Shown here one piece after another: positions 18,668 through 27,840 of a stretch of 64,000 nt of DNA. A program made the translations under genes and the position numbers. Source of the DNA: an uncultured Gemmatimonadaceae bacterium (GTDB lineage: Bacteria > Gemmatimonadota > Gemmatimonadetes > Gemmatimonadales > Gemmatimonadaceae); contig CAWBOC010000002.1 in NCBI GenBank assembly GCA_963790305.1, positions 160,001 through 224,000 of the forward strand. Reading direction: 5' to 3'. Below the pieces are notes generated by a model. The model was given only the letters and a program-made list of their open reading frames with translations, did not search any database and was not told the DNA's origin. Every line of letters starts with the position of its first letter. The stretch's first letter is position 1.

Positions 18668-21001
18668 TCACTTCCGTGCCGCGCCCACTCGCCTGACGAG
18701 GGCCTCGAAACGCGGCTCACCCCGCAGCGACCGCAACTGCGGATCGATGCCGAGAAAGACCATCGAGTGGGACCGCTCGGTGTACGCGCGTTCGAGCAGA
18801 TCGAGCGCGCGATCACGCGCGCCGACCGCGAGGTGAATCTTGGCGACCTCGTACGTGGGCACGTAGGATCGTGAGGAGCGATCCTCGAGCTCGCGCAGCA
18901 ACGCGGTCGCGCCCGCGGTGTCGCCCGCTGTGGCGCGGGTGCGCGCGAGGGAAGCGACGAATAGGGTACTGCGATTGGTGAGTGCGACCGCACGCTCGAG
19001 CAGTGTGAGCGCCTCGGCCGCACGCCCGATCTCCTGGAGCGACCAGCCACGCCAGAGCAGGGCGACGGCATAGTCCGGATCCAGCTCGAGCGTCAGCCGA
19101 CACTGCTCCGCGGCTCGCTCGAAGTCGCCGGCATAGTACAGCACCCAGCCGTGCGCCGCGCTGGCAATGAGCGAAAGCGGATCGATTTCCTGGGCCCGAT
19201 TCATCGCCCGCTCAGCGTCGTCGAATCGAGCGCGCGCGGTCAGGAAGTTCGCGTGCCACTGATGCGCCGTCGAGTACCTCGGTCCCACCTCGATCGCGCG
19301 CGTGAACCACTCCTCGGCGCGCGACCAGTTCCAGTTGTAGTACAGCTCGACGTACCCGAGGGTCGCGTATGGTTGCACGAGTGTCGAGTCGAGCGCCATC
19401 GCCCGTCGGGCGGCGCGCTCCGCGCGTGGGAACGCCTCACGAGGCGGCAAATAATCGTAGAAGCCCAGAACGGCGTTCGCGTCCGCGAGGCCCGCGTGAG
19501 CGAGCGCGTACGTCGAATCCTTGTCGATAGCCTGCGCGAAGTACGCGGCCGCGGAATTGAGCCCCTCTTCGGTGCGACGATACCATGAGTACCGCCCTTT
19601 CATATACAGAGCGTGGCGACCGCGCAGGTAGAGATTGTACGCCTCGAGGTCGGTGTCGCGCCGTGCCGTGGCCGCCGAATCGGCACGCCCCATCAGCGTT
19701 CCCTTGAGCGTCTCGACGATGGATCGTGAGATCTCCTCCTGAATGACGAATACGTCTTCGAGCTTGCGCTCGTACGTGCGCGACCAGAGCTGATAGCCAT
19801 CGCGCGCGTTGGAGAGGCGAGCCGTGATGCGAAGCGTACCGTCGGCGGCGCGGACACTGCCGTCGAGGACGGTCGCGACACCGAGCTGTTCGCCGACGTC
19901 GCGAACGTCGAGCGTTTTTCCCTTGAACGAGAACGACGAGGTGCGCGATGCGACCTGCATACCCTGAACGCGGCCGAGCGTGTTGATCAGCTCCTCGGTC
20001 ATCCCGTCGCTGAAGTACTCGTGATCGTGCGCGGGGCTGAGATCGACGAATGGAAGGACGGCGACACTGGCGCTGGCGGCCCTGTCTCCCTCCGAGGCGC
20101 GCCCGCGGGCCACTACGGCGATAGCGATCACGGTGGCGATCGCGGCGGTCGCGGCCGCGACCGGCCACGTTCGACGCGACCGAACTGACGGTTGCGCGGT
20201 GACGATCGCTGGAGCCTGGTGCTCTTGCCGGTTCGGGTCGAGGGTGACTGTCGAAGGCGCGGACACCGGCGTTGGCGCAACGGGGGCAATGGGCTGCGCA
20301 CGCATTGACGCGGCAAGCTCGGCGACCGCCGCGTCCGGCTCGGTGCCGAATTCATCGGCGAGCAACGTTGCATGCACCCGAGCATGCTGCAGCGCCGCGG
20401 CACGATCCCCTGAGCGGTCGAGCGCACGCATGAGGCGGACGGCGATGCGCGAGCTATACGGATCGTGCGCCGCGAGCGCACGCCACCATCGCACGGCATC
20501 GACCGCATCACCACGACGCTCTGCGCCCTCACCCAACGCTTCCAGGGCGCGCGCATAGGCGCGGCCAAGACGATCGCGCTCGGCAGCCGCCCACCGCTCG
20601 AACTCCTCGGCCCCGGCGAGGAAGAACCCATCCAGGAAAGGCCCACCGTACGCATCAGCCGCACCCTGCCATTCGCCGCGATCGATCGCGTCCTCGAATG
20701 CGCCAACATCGCTCGGCAGCACGTCGGCCGAGAGGCGCAGGTCTTCCCCCGTGCTGGCAATGGCCTCCCCGCCGAGCGCCTGGTTCACCCGGTAAATGGA
20801 ATCGGACAGCAGAGGACGGCCGTGCTCGGCGTCCTGCTCCGGCCACAGATACGCGATGAGTTTGTCTCGACTCACTCCACGCGCGCGCGCGACGGCGAGC
20901 ATCGCGAGGAGCGCGATGCGTCGCCGCTGCGCGGCGCGACCGGCCATGGGACCCGAGGGCGTCTGAATCGACGCGCCGCCGAGCAGCTTGAGTGAGAACA
21001 C
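18668..21001 (-). CDS. SARP/BTAD transcriptional regulator with TM segment, TolB-like and TPR domains
   Basis: LKLLGG...VSRDKLIAYLWP (wHTH), YGGPFLDG..FERW (BTAD), SVAVLPF...YFSDGMTEELI, TPR repeats. Confidence 0.88.
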   Translation of the reverse strand: MFSLKLLGGASIQTPSGPMAGRAAQRRRIALLAMLAVARARGVSRDKLIAYLWPEQDAEHGRPLLSDSIYRVNQALGGEAIASTGEDLRLSADVLPSDVGAFEDAIDRGEWQGAADAYGGPFLDGFFLAGAEEFERWAAAERDRLGRAYARALEALGEGAERRGDAVDAVRWWRALAAHDPYSSRIAVRLMRALDRSGDRAAALQHARVHATLLADEFGTEPDAAVAELAASMRAQPIAPVAPTPVSAPSTVTLDPNRQEHQAPAIVTAQPSVRSRRTWPVAAATAAIATVIAIAVVARGRASEGDRAASASVAVLPFVDLSPAHDHEYFSDGMTEELINTLGRVQGMQVASRTSSFSFKGKTLDVRDVGEQLGVATVLDGSVRAADGTLRITARLSNARDGYQLWSRTYERKLEDVFVIQEEISRSIVETLKGTLMGRADSAATARRDTDLEAYNLYLRGRHALYMKGRYSWYRRTEEGLNSAAAYFAQAIDKDSTYALAHAGLADANAVLGFYDYLPPREAFPRAERAARRAMALDSTLVQPYATLGYVELYYNWNWSRAEEWFTRAIEVGPRYSTAHQWHANFLTARARFDDAERAMNRAQEIDPLSLIASAAHGWVLYYAGDFERAAEQCRLTLELDPDYAVALLWRGWSLQEIGRAAEALTLLERAVALTNRSTLFVASLARTRATAGDTAGATALLRELEDRSSRSYVPTYEVAKIHLAVGARDRALDLLERAYTERSHSMVFLGIDPQLRSLRGEPRFEALVRRVGAARK

Positions 21002-21010
21002 GTTACGCGT

Positions 21011-21065
21011 GGCGAGAGCGGGGCGAGAGACGGGCGAGAGCCCGCCGATGCCGCTCCGACATGAT
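21011..21065 (+). promoter_or_regulatory. Three GGCGAGAG direct repeats at 11-bp period plus candidate -10 (CATGAT)
   Basis: Copies start at 21011, 21022, 21033; CATGAT at 21060-21065; between BTAD gene and divergent operon. Confidence 0.6.
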
Positions 21066-21116
21066 ACGCGCGCCCCGGCTTCGGGCAAGCCATCTCACCG
21101 CTCTAGAGGAGTGTCT

Positions 21117-21698
21117 ATGCGTTCACCCATCAGCCCCAAAGCGGCCATGCCCCTTCTCGCCGCTAGCGTGGTCGCCATCGCGGTATCCTGCAGCGATCGC
21201 CCCGAGCCGACGAGCGCGGGGGGCGAAACGGATCACGTTCATGTTGCCGCGACGCAGGTCGGTGCGCCGCTTCCCGGACTCGGACCCAAGCTGGCTGAGC
21301 TTCAGAGCTCGACCGCGCGCTACCACGATTTCGCCGCCGCGCAGGCCGACGGCTATACCGTCCAGGTCACCGGCTGCATGGAGGATGCGTCCCGCGGAGG
21401 AATGGGCTACCACTACGCGAAGGGCGCTCTCATCGATGGGCAGGTCATCGAAGCGCGTCCCGAGGTCCTGCTGTACGAGCCTCAGGGGAAGGGAAAGCCA
21501 CGCCTCGTCGGTGTCGAGTTCATCATCCCCTTTACCGCCTGGACGGGGGCGGAGCCCCCGGTTCTGTATGGTCAGTCGTTCGCGCGAAACGAGACCTTTC
21601 AGGTGTGGGCCCTTCACGTCTGGGTCTGGCGCGCCAACCGCGGCGGGGTGTTCGCAGACTGGAATCCCGCCGTTGACTGCGACCGCGACAACGCCTAA
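21117..21698 (+). CDS. Hypothetical exported lipoprotein
   Basis: GAGGAG RBS, AVSC lipobox, GGMGYHY, PEVLLYEP, LVGVEF, WALHVW. Confidence 0.8.
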   Translation: MRSPISPKAAMPLLAASVVAIAVSCSDRPEPTSAGGETDHVHVAATQVGAPLPGLGPKLAELQSSTARYHDFAAAQADGYTVQVTGCMEDASRGGMGYHYAKGALIDGQVIEARPEVLLYEPQGKGKPRLVGVEFIIPFTAWTGAEPPVLYGQSFARNETFQVWALHVWVWRANRGGVFADWNPAVDCDRDNA

Positions 21699-21709
21699 CA
21701 GGAGCCTAC

Positions 21710-21991
21710 ATGCCCAGGTACTTGATCGAGCGGGATCTCACCGGAGCCGGTCAGCTCACCGCGGATGAGCTCCGCGGCATCTCGACGAAGTCATGTCAGG
21801 TGCTTCGCGAGCTCGGGCCGGAGATCCAGTGGGTTCAGAGCTACGTCACCGACGACAAGATCTATTGCGTGTACATTGCCGCCACCGAACGCCTCATTCG
21901 CGAGCACGCGAAGCGTGGCGGGTTTCCGTGCAACCGGGTGAGCGAGGTGCGGGCGGGGATTGATCCGACGACGGCGGAATTACGGCAGTGA
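21710..21991 (+). CDS. DUF4242 family protein
   Basis: MPRYLIER, WVQSYV..DKIYCVY, HAKRGGFP; AGGAG RBS. Confidence 0.88.
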   Translation: MPRYLIERDLTGAGQLTADELRGISTKSCQVLRELGPEIQWVQSYVTDDKIYCVYIAATERLIREHAKRGGFPCNRVSEVRAGIDPTTAELRQ

Positions 21992-22076
21992 GGAGTGGAG
22001 AGTGGGGAGTGGGGAGTGGGGAGCTCGATCATCGAATTCCTCACTCCCCACTCTTCACTCCTCACTCCTCACTCCT
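21987..22076. repeat. Inverted tandem-repeat hairpin, 7-mer G(G/A)GGAGT / ACTCC(C/T)C family
   Basis: agtgagg-agtggag-agtgggg x3 ... tcactcc-ccactct-tcactcc x3. Confidence 0.9.
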
Positions 22077-23217
22077 TCTGGCTCGTCGTCTCCACCGGCA
22101 TCTCGAACTTCACCGGGAGCTGCACCAGTTGGCGCACACGCTGGCCGGCGAGCACGGCGGGGTGGAAGCGGGCGTTCTGGAGGGCACGACGCACGGCATC
22201 GGTGAACAGTGCGTGGCTCGTGGAGATCGCCGACATACTCTCGATGACCACGACTCCGGTGGTGTCGACGACGAACTCCACCAGAACCTGCCCGGTCACG
22301 CGCTCGCGAAAGAGTGAATCGGGGTACGCGGGCCGGATGCTCGCGCTGCTGTCGGTGCGGGCGACCGCGTCAACCTGATCCGCGGTGAAAAGCTGGCGTT
22401 CCTCGACCTGCCTGGTGAGCTCCACCGGCTGGGTCGCGGGGCGTCGAGCCTTGCGCCGGCGCTCCTCGAACCCTGTCCAGATGACGATGGCGCCGCACGA
22501 CCCGCCGCCACGCACCCATTGAAACTCCGGCGGAACCGTTGCGACGCCCAGGTACACTTCGATCGCCTCGATGATGTACGGGTCGAGAGCATCGAGGTCG
22601 AACTCGCCGGCCGTCGCCGGGAACCCATCGAGCCACACGAGGGGCGCGCACCGCATCCCGCGAAAGCGGACGACGTTGGTGAAGGTCGACGAATAGATGC
22701 GTGCGCCAGGGACGCTGCGGAACAAGTCGGTCACCTGGGCCGGATTTCGCTGATCGATTTGATCGCGCGTGATGAAATGGCCGCCTGACGAGCGCGATCG
22801 CCGCTGGTAGAATCCGGCCAGCCGGCCATGGTCCTCGAACCGGCGGTCGCCGCGAACGATGACGGCGGCGAGCGATTGCGCGAGCGGGGTGACGATGACC
22901 GACATCGACGCCGCCTCGTCCGGTCCGATCACGATGGTTCCGACGGTGGGGATGAAGCCCAGCCGCCGCACCCCGATGCTGATGGTCCCCGCGGGAACGT
23001 TCGTTAGGCGGAACTGGCCCTGCGGATTGGTGTGCGCTCGCAGGCCGGTGCCCACGATGGTGATCTCCGCGCCCGCAATCCCGGCACCGGAAGAGTCGCG
23101 CACCACTCCCGCGACGGTCCCGCGAGCCTCGCGATCCTGGGCACGAACCGACGCGGGGCCGAGCGCGAGCGCTCCCCCTGCCAGGCCAATGGCGGCCACG
23201 CCGCAGAAACGACGCAT
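22069..23217 (-). CDS. Carboxypeptidase-regulatory-like + plug-like + TonB C-terminal domain protein
   Basis: Signal peptide, TNPQGQF, EAIEVY..CGAIVIWT, PAYP...GQVLVEFVVDTTG, RFHPA. Confidence 0.85.
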   Translation of the reverse strand: MRRFCGVAAIGLAGGALALGPASVRAQDREARGTVAGVVRDSSGAGIAGAEITIVGTGLRAHTNPQGQFRLTNVPAGTISIGVRRLGFIPTVGTIVIGPDEAASMSVIVTPLAQSLAAVIVRGDRRFEDHGRLAGFYQRRSRSSGGHFITRDQIDQRNPAQVTDLFRSVPGARIYSSTFTNVVRFRGMRCAPLVWLDGFPATAGEFDLDALDPYIIEAIEVYLGVATVPPEFQWVRGGGSCGAIVIWTGFEERRRKARRPATQPVELTRQVEERQLFTADQVDAVARTDSSASIRPAYPDSLFRERVTGQVLVEFVVDTTGVVVIESMSAISTSHALFTDAVRRALQNARFHPAVLAGQRVRQLVQLPVKFEMPVETTSQKE

Positions 23218-23353
23218 GGGACCACCTCCGCCTGCGAGGGTAGGGGCGGGGAAAGGGGGGCGCAAGGGGCGGGGCCGTCAGCGCAGTGTAAAGGCAGGTC
23301 AACAGCTGACGACAAGGGGCAACGTCTGACACCTGACGTCTTCAGGTGTTGCT

Positions 23354-24277
23354 CTACGGCGTGATATCGATCCCGTAGTGAAGCTCGAGATACCGGTTGA
23401 TCACACCAGCCAGTCCGGCCGCGAACCTCGCCCGGTTCTCTTCCGTATCTCGCACCCCGATCCGGTTCGACTCGATCTGCACCCCGCAGATCGTCCCACC
23501 CGCGCGACACCCGTGCATGGAGGTGTTGAACCCGCCCGAGAAGTACTCGTCGCTCCCCGGATCGGGCGTCGCATCGCTCGGAACGGCAGGGAAGCCTTCC
23601 GATTCGAGGAGCGCGCCCAGACTCGCCGGCCCGCGCAGCAGCTCGGCGAACGAAAGAGGCGAGCGCACCGACAGTGTCCGTATGCTGCTCTGAACTTCGT
23701 ATGCCGGCTGGCTGTCGAGCGAGTCGTCCGGTTGCCGAAGCTCCTCGGAGCCAAGCAAATAGCCGAGCTCCAGGCGCTGGATGGCGTGTCCGTGGCCGTG
23801 AAGGTCGAGGTAGAGGCCGCCCGCGTAGCGCTGGCTGACAGCGCTCCTCGCGTCGGTGAGAAAGCGATGAAACTCCTGCCAGGCAATCGCTGCCTCGGCG
23901 TCTCCTTGCGCGCCCTCGGTGAGATCGCGGTTCGCGTCCAGCTTCACGCGATGCAGGCGGACGATCACCACGTGCGCGTGCTTCCCGGTGAGCCTCACGA
24001 GCGCGGAATCGACCGCGCGCGCCAGCTCCCCCGTGTTCAGATCGGTGACGGTGGTGCCATACGTCCGATCGGGAATCTCATCGGGACGAAGCGAGCCGCC
24101 ATGAGGCGCCGAGAGGATGACCGGCAGCTCGCCGGCGATGTACTCGATGTACTGGTTGCGCCCGAAATACGACGTGCCCGGCGTGTAGCGTGTGGTGTCG
24201 ACCGGCTGTCGCGGCGACGACGGCGAGGCGCACGCGGCCAGCAGCGCTACGAGCCCGAACGACGAGCGTCCGCTCAG
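23354..24277 (-). CDS. N-formylglutamate amidohydrolase-like lipoprotein
   Basis: LLAAC lipobox, [24 protein letters not shown]; start uncertain (CTG overlapping upstream TGA). Confidence 0.7.
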   Translation of the reverse strand: MSGRSSFGLVALLAACASPSSPRQPVDTTRYTPGTSYFGRNQYIEYIAGELPVILSAPHGGSLRPDEIPDRTYGTTVTDLNTGELARAVDSALVRLTGKHAHVVIVRLHRVKLDANRDLTEGAQGDAEAAIAWQEFHRFLTDARSAVSQRYAGGLYLDLHGHGHAIQRLELGYLLGSEELRQPDDSLDSQPAYEVQSSIRTLSVRSPLSFAELLRGPASLGALLESEGFPAVPSDATPDPGSDEYFSGGFNTSMHGCRAGGTICGVQIESNRIGVRDTEENRARFAAGLAGVINRYLELHYGIDITP

Positions 24278-26386
24278 AACGCGGCGATCTCCTGAAAGAC
24301 GCGCTTGAAGTCGTCGATCTGCGGCAGGATCGCGTCCTCCAGCGATGGCGCATACCCGACGAAGGTGTCGGTGGACGCGATTCGCATCACCTGGGGCGTC
24401 CAGCCAGGCGAAGCACTCCTGCGCGATCGCGGCCGCGATCTCCGCGCCGTAGCCCCAGGAGAGCGAATCCTCGTACGCAACGACGACGCGATTCGTCTTC
24501 TTCGTCGAGCTGAACACCGCCTCACGGTCCCAGGGCAGGAGCGTGCGCAGGTCGATCACTTCGACGTCGGGCCCACCGCTCTCCGCGACCTGGTTCGCGG
24601 CCACGAGCGCGCGCTGCACGGTCGCCCCGTAGGTGACGACGGTGATGTCCTTCCCCTCACGAACCACCTTCGCCTTGCCGAACGGGATCATGAAGTTCGG
24701 CCCGGGATACCGCGATTTGTTGTACGTCTGTCGGTAGAGATGCTTGTGCTCGAGGAAGATCACCGGGTCGTCACACCGAATCGCCGTGCGCAGCAGCCCA
24801 TTCGCATCGAGCGCCGTGGCGGGACAGACGACCCGAAGTCCGGGCGTATGCGTGAAGAGCGAGGCGCCGGTCTGCGAGTGATAGACCGCTCCACGGATGT
24901 AGCCGCCGTACGTCGTGCGGATGACGACCGGGGCGGAGAACGCATTGTTCGAGCGCCAGCGCATCGTCGCGAGCTCATCGCGAATCTGCATGTACGCCGG
25001 CCAGATGTAGTCGAAGAACTGAATCTCGACGACCGGCTTGAACCCACGAATCGCCAGACCGATCGCGCGCCCGACGATGTTCGCCTCGGCCAGCGGCGAG
25101 TTGTACACGCGAGTGCCGCCGAACTCCTTCTGCAGCCCCCACGTCACTTTGAAGACGCCGCCCTTGCCCTTCACCTTGCCCATGTGCTGCTCGCGCGAGA
25201 TGTCGGCGACATCTTCGCCGAAGACGAGGATGCGCTCGTCGCGGCGCATCTCGTCCTTCATGCATGCGTTGAGCAGGTCGACCATGGTCGTCGGCTCGCC
25301 CGCGTACTGCGGGTCGTCCTCCGTGTCGAACGCATCGCTCGCCGGATCGACGTCGGGCGAATACACGGCGAAGTACACCGTGTCGGCCGCCGGCTGCGGC
25401 TGGGCGAGCGCGTCGTCGGTCGCTGCCAGCACCTCGGCGTCGGTCTCCTGACGGAGGCGCTCGAGCTCGTCCTCCGTCGCGATCCCTTCCGCGACCAGCC
25501 AGCGAGGAAAGGTGATGATGGGATCGCGCTGCGCCTCCGCCTCACGCTCCTCGGGCGGCTTGTACAGGATCTCGTCGTCGGAAAGCGAGTGCGAGTACGG
25601 ACGAATGACGCGAGCGTGGACGAAAGCCGGTCCCTTGCGTCGGCGCGCGTGGTCGACCGCCTTCTTCATCACGTCGTAGGAGGCGAGCAGATCGCACCCG
25701 TCCACTTCCTGGATGAAGAGATTCGGGAATCCGCTGACGAGCTTCGAGATCGAGCCGCCGGCGGTGTTCACCTCGACCGGGACGGAGATCGCGTAGCCGT
25801 TATCCTCGACGAGGTACACGATCGGCAGCGACAGATTGCAGGCGGTGTTGAGCGACTCCCAGAACTCGCCCTCGCTGGTCGTGCCATCGCCGGTGGTGAC
25901 GAGGACGATCTCGTCCTTCTGGAAACCTTCGGTGATGCCCAACGTCTTGGCGCGGACGATCGCCTCGGCCGACCCGACCGCCTGGAGAAACTGGGTTCCC
26001 GTGGGCGACGAGGTCGAGACGATGTTGAGCTCTTTCTTCCCCCAGTGGCTCGGCATCTGGCGTCCGCCCGAGTTGGGATCGATCGCGGCGCCCACGGCGG
26101 AGTAGAGCATCTCGGCGGCCGTCATGCCGAGCTGAAGGCAAAGGGCGCGGTCGCGGTAGTACATGTAGAACCAGTCGTGCGCCGGCCGCGTGACCATTCC
26201 GGCGGCGGTCAGAATCGCTTCGTGCCCCGCGCCGGAGATCTGAAAGAAGATCTTGTTCTGCCGCTTGAGCTGGATCTCCTTGTCGTCGATCCGGCGCGAG
26301 AGATACATCGTGCGGTATGCCGCAACGAGTAGCGCGGGACTGAGTTCGGAGCCCGCCTTACGCTCCGAGCGCGTTTGAGTTGCCAT
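24274..26386 (-). CDS. 2-oxoacid dehydrogenase E1 alpha/beta fusion, with 1-nt frameshift near 24390
   Basis: [15 protein letters not shown] (TPP), HSLSDD, GEDV, SPLAE, EIQFFDY, DLRTL; natural C-terminus [24 protein letters not shown] is in another frame. Confidence 0.9.
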
Positions 26387-26404
26387 GTCGATCAAGATAG
26401 TAGA

Positions 26405-26512
26405 CGGAATGCGGAATGCGGAATGCGGATTGCGAGTAGGACCTTCCGGGCGGTGAGGCTCATGACGCCTCGACGGTCTCATATACGAATCCGCATTCCG
26501 CATTCCGCATTC
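26405..26512. repeat. Inverted tandem-repeat hairpin, 7-mer CGGAATG / CATTCCG family
   Basis: cggaatg x3-cggatt ... aatccg-cattccg x2-cattc between divergent genes. Confidence 0.9.
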
Positions 26513-26526
26513 GCTTTGGGGGCCCC

Positions 26527-27012
26527 ATGGCCACGCCGGCGGTCACGCACTGCATTTTCTGCGACATAATCAAAGGGGCCGCCGAGGTATCGGTGTGCTA
26601 CGAGGACACCGAATCGATCGCGTTCATGGACATCCAACCGGTGAACGCAGGCCACGTTCTTGTCGTCTCCCGGCAACACTTCGAGTCCTTCCTCGACCTG
26701 CCGAAGAGTCTCGGGACGCACCTGTTCCAGGTGGCGATGCAGCTCGCGCCGGCCATTCGCAAGGTATCGGGGGCGAATGGGATGAACGTCATCGTATCCA
26801 GTGGGGCCGCGGCGGGGCAGGACGTGTATCACTTCCACATCCATTTGATCCCGCGCCGGGAGGGGGACGGGTTCGACGTGCGTCTCCCCTTCGCGGAGTC
26901 CGAGGTGCCTGACCGGACGGTGCTGGACATGATGGCGGCGCGGATCATTGGGGCGTTACGGGACCCGACACGCGTGCGTCCGGCCCCTCGCCAGGCGGCG
27001 GCCGTTCCGTGA
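26527..27012 (+). CDS. HIT family hydrolase
   Basis: [24 protein letters not shown]. Confidence 0.95.
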   Translation: MATPAVTHCIFCDIIKGAAEVSVCYEDTESIAFMDIQPVNAGHVLVVSRQHFESFLDLPKSLGTHLFQVAMQLAPAIRKVSGANGMNVIVSSGAAAGQDVYHFHIHLIPRREGDGFDVRLPFAESEVPDRTVLDMMAARIIGALRDPTRVRPAPRQAAAVP

Positions 27013-27300
27013 CCTTTTCGGGGGTGCCACCGTCGAAAATATGAAAGGCGGACGCGCCGCGCCCTTGCGCCCCGACGTTCCGCTTCGCATTCGTAAGGCG
27101 CGCGGCGACCACGCCCCGTGGGCACCCGCGCCGATCAACGACTGGAGGCACATGAGCGTCGATCGACGACCCTCTTCCGACCCAGAACACCGTCGGCCAA
27201 CCGTCGTCGCCACACGCTGGTGCGCTCCACCCACCACGACACCTCGCCCCGCCCGGGTTCCCCATCCGGCGCGGGGCGACGTGCTTTTCGGCGAGGTGCA

Positions 27301-27702
27301 ATGTCTCGGCACGGCATTCATCGCATCTGCCTCCCCCGCGCGCCGCGTGGACTTCTCCGGCGGCGTCGTTCCCACCTTCGCCACGTCGACTTCAAGCGAG
27401 CGCTCAAGCGCGCCGTAATGCGCGACTGCGGCCGGCGCTGCGTCTACTGCGGCGCCTGGCTCGAGCATGATCATGCGACTATCGATCACGTGCACCCGCG
27501 CGCGCGGGGAGGTATCACCGCGTACGGCAACCTCGTTGCCGCCTGCGCCCCGTGCAACCGATTGAAGGGTGACATGCTGCCGCACGATTTCTTCGTGCGG
27601 TATCCGCTGGCGGGGATGAACTTCCTGTTATACGCTCGCGTCGTTCATCGCGCCTTGAAGCGGGGCGCGCGGAGAGCGGTGAGTCTCGCGTTGGCGGCTT
27701 GA
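27301..27702 (+). CDS. Small HNH endonuclease
   Basis: RDCGRRCVYCG, TIDHVHPRARGG, NLVAACAPCN; GAGGTG just upstream of ATG 27301. Confidence 0.88.
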   Translation: MSRHGIHRICLPRAPRGLLRRRRSHLRHVDFKRALKRAVMRDCGRRCVYCGAWLEHDHATIDHVHPRARGGITAYGNLVAACAPCNRLKGDMLPHDFFVRYPLAGMNFLLYARVVHRALKRGARRAVSLALAA

Positions 27703-27705
27703 ACT

Positions 27706-27833
27706 AGGGGTCAGGAGTCAGGGGTCGGGGATCAGGGGGTGTCCGGGCAAAGGGTTCAGGAGTCGCGCGAGCCGTACTCCTCGAACCTTCGCCCTGACAC
27801 CCCCTGATCCCTGACCCCTGACTCCTGACCCCT
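27706..27833. repeat. Long inverted repeat (~58-bp arms) with outer 7-mer AGGGGTC / GACCCCT units
   Basis: aggggtcaggagtcaggggtcggggatcagggggtgtc... pairs with ...gacaccccctgatccctgacccctgactcctgacccct. Confidence 0.92.
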
Positions 27834-27840
27834 CGTCCGC

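Noticed and set aside
24305..26332. 675-aa plus-strand ORF, and similar long antisense ORFs such as 59458-61554
   Set aside because: Shadow ORFs of well-supported genes, expected in high-GC DNA; no motifs
23354..26503. 1049-aa ORF as one natural protein
   Set aside because: N-terminal 39 aa come from the repeat region, and the fusion depends on a 1-nt shift that removes the normal E1 C-terminus
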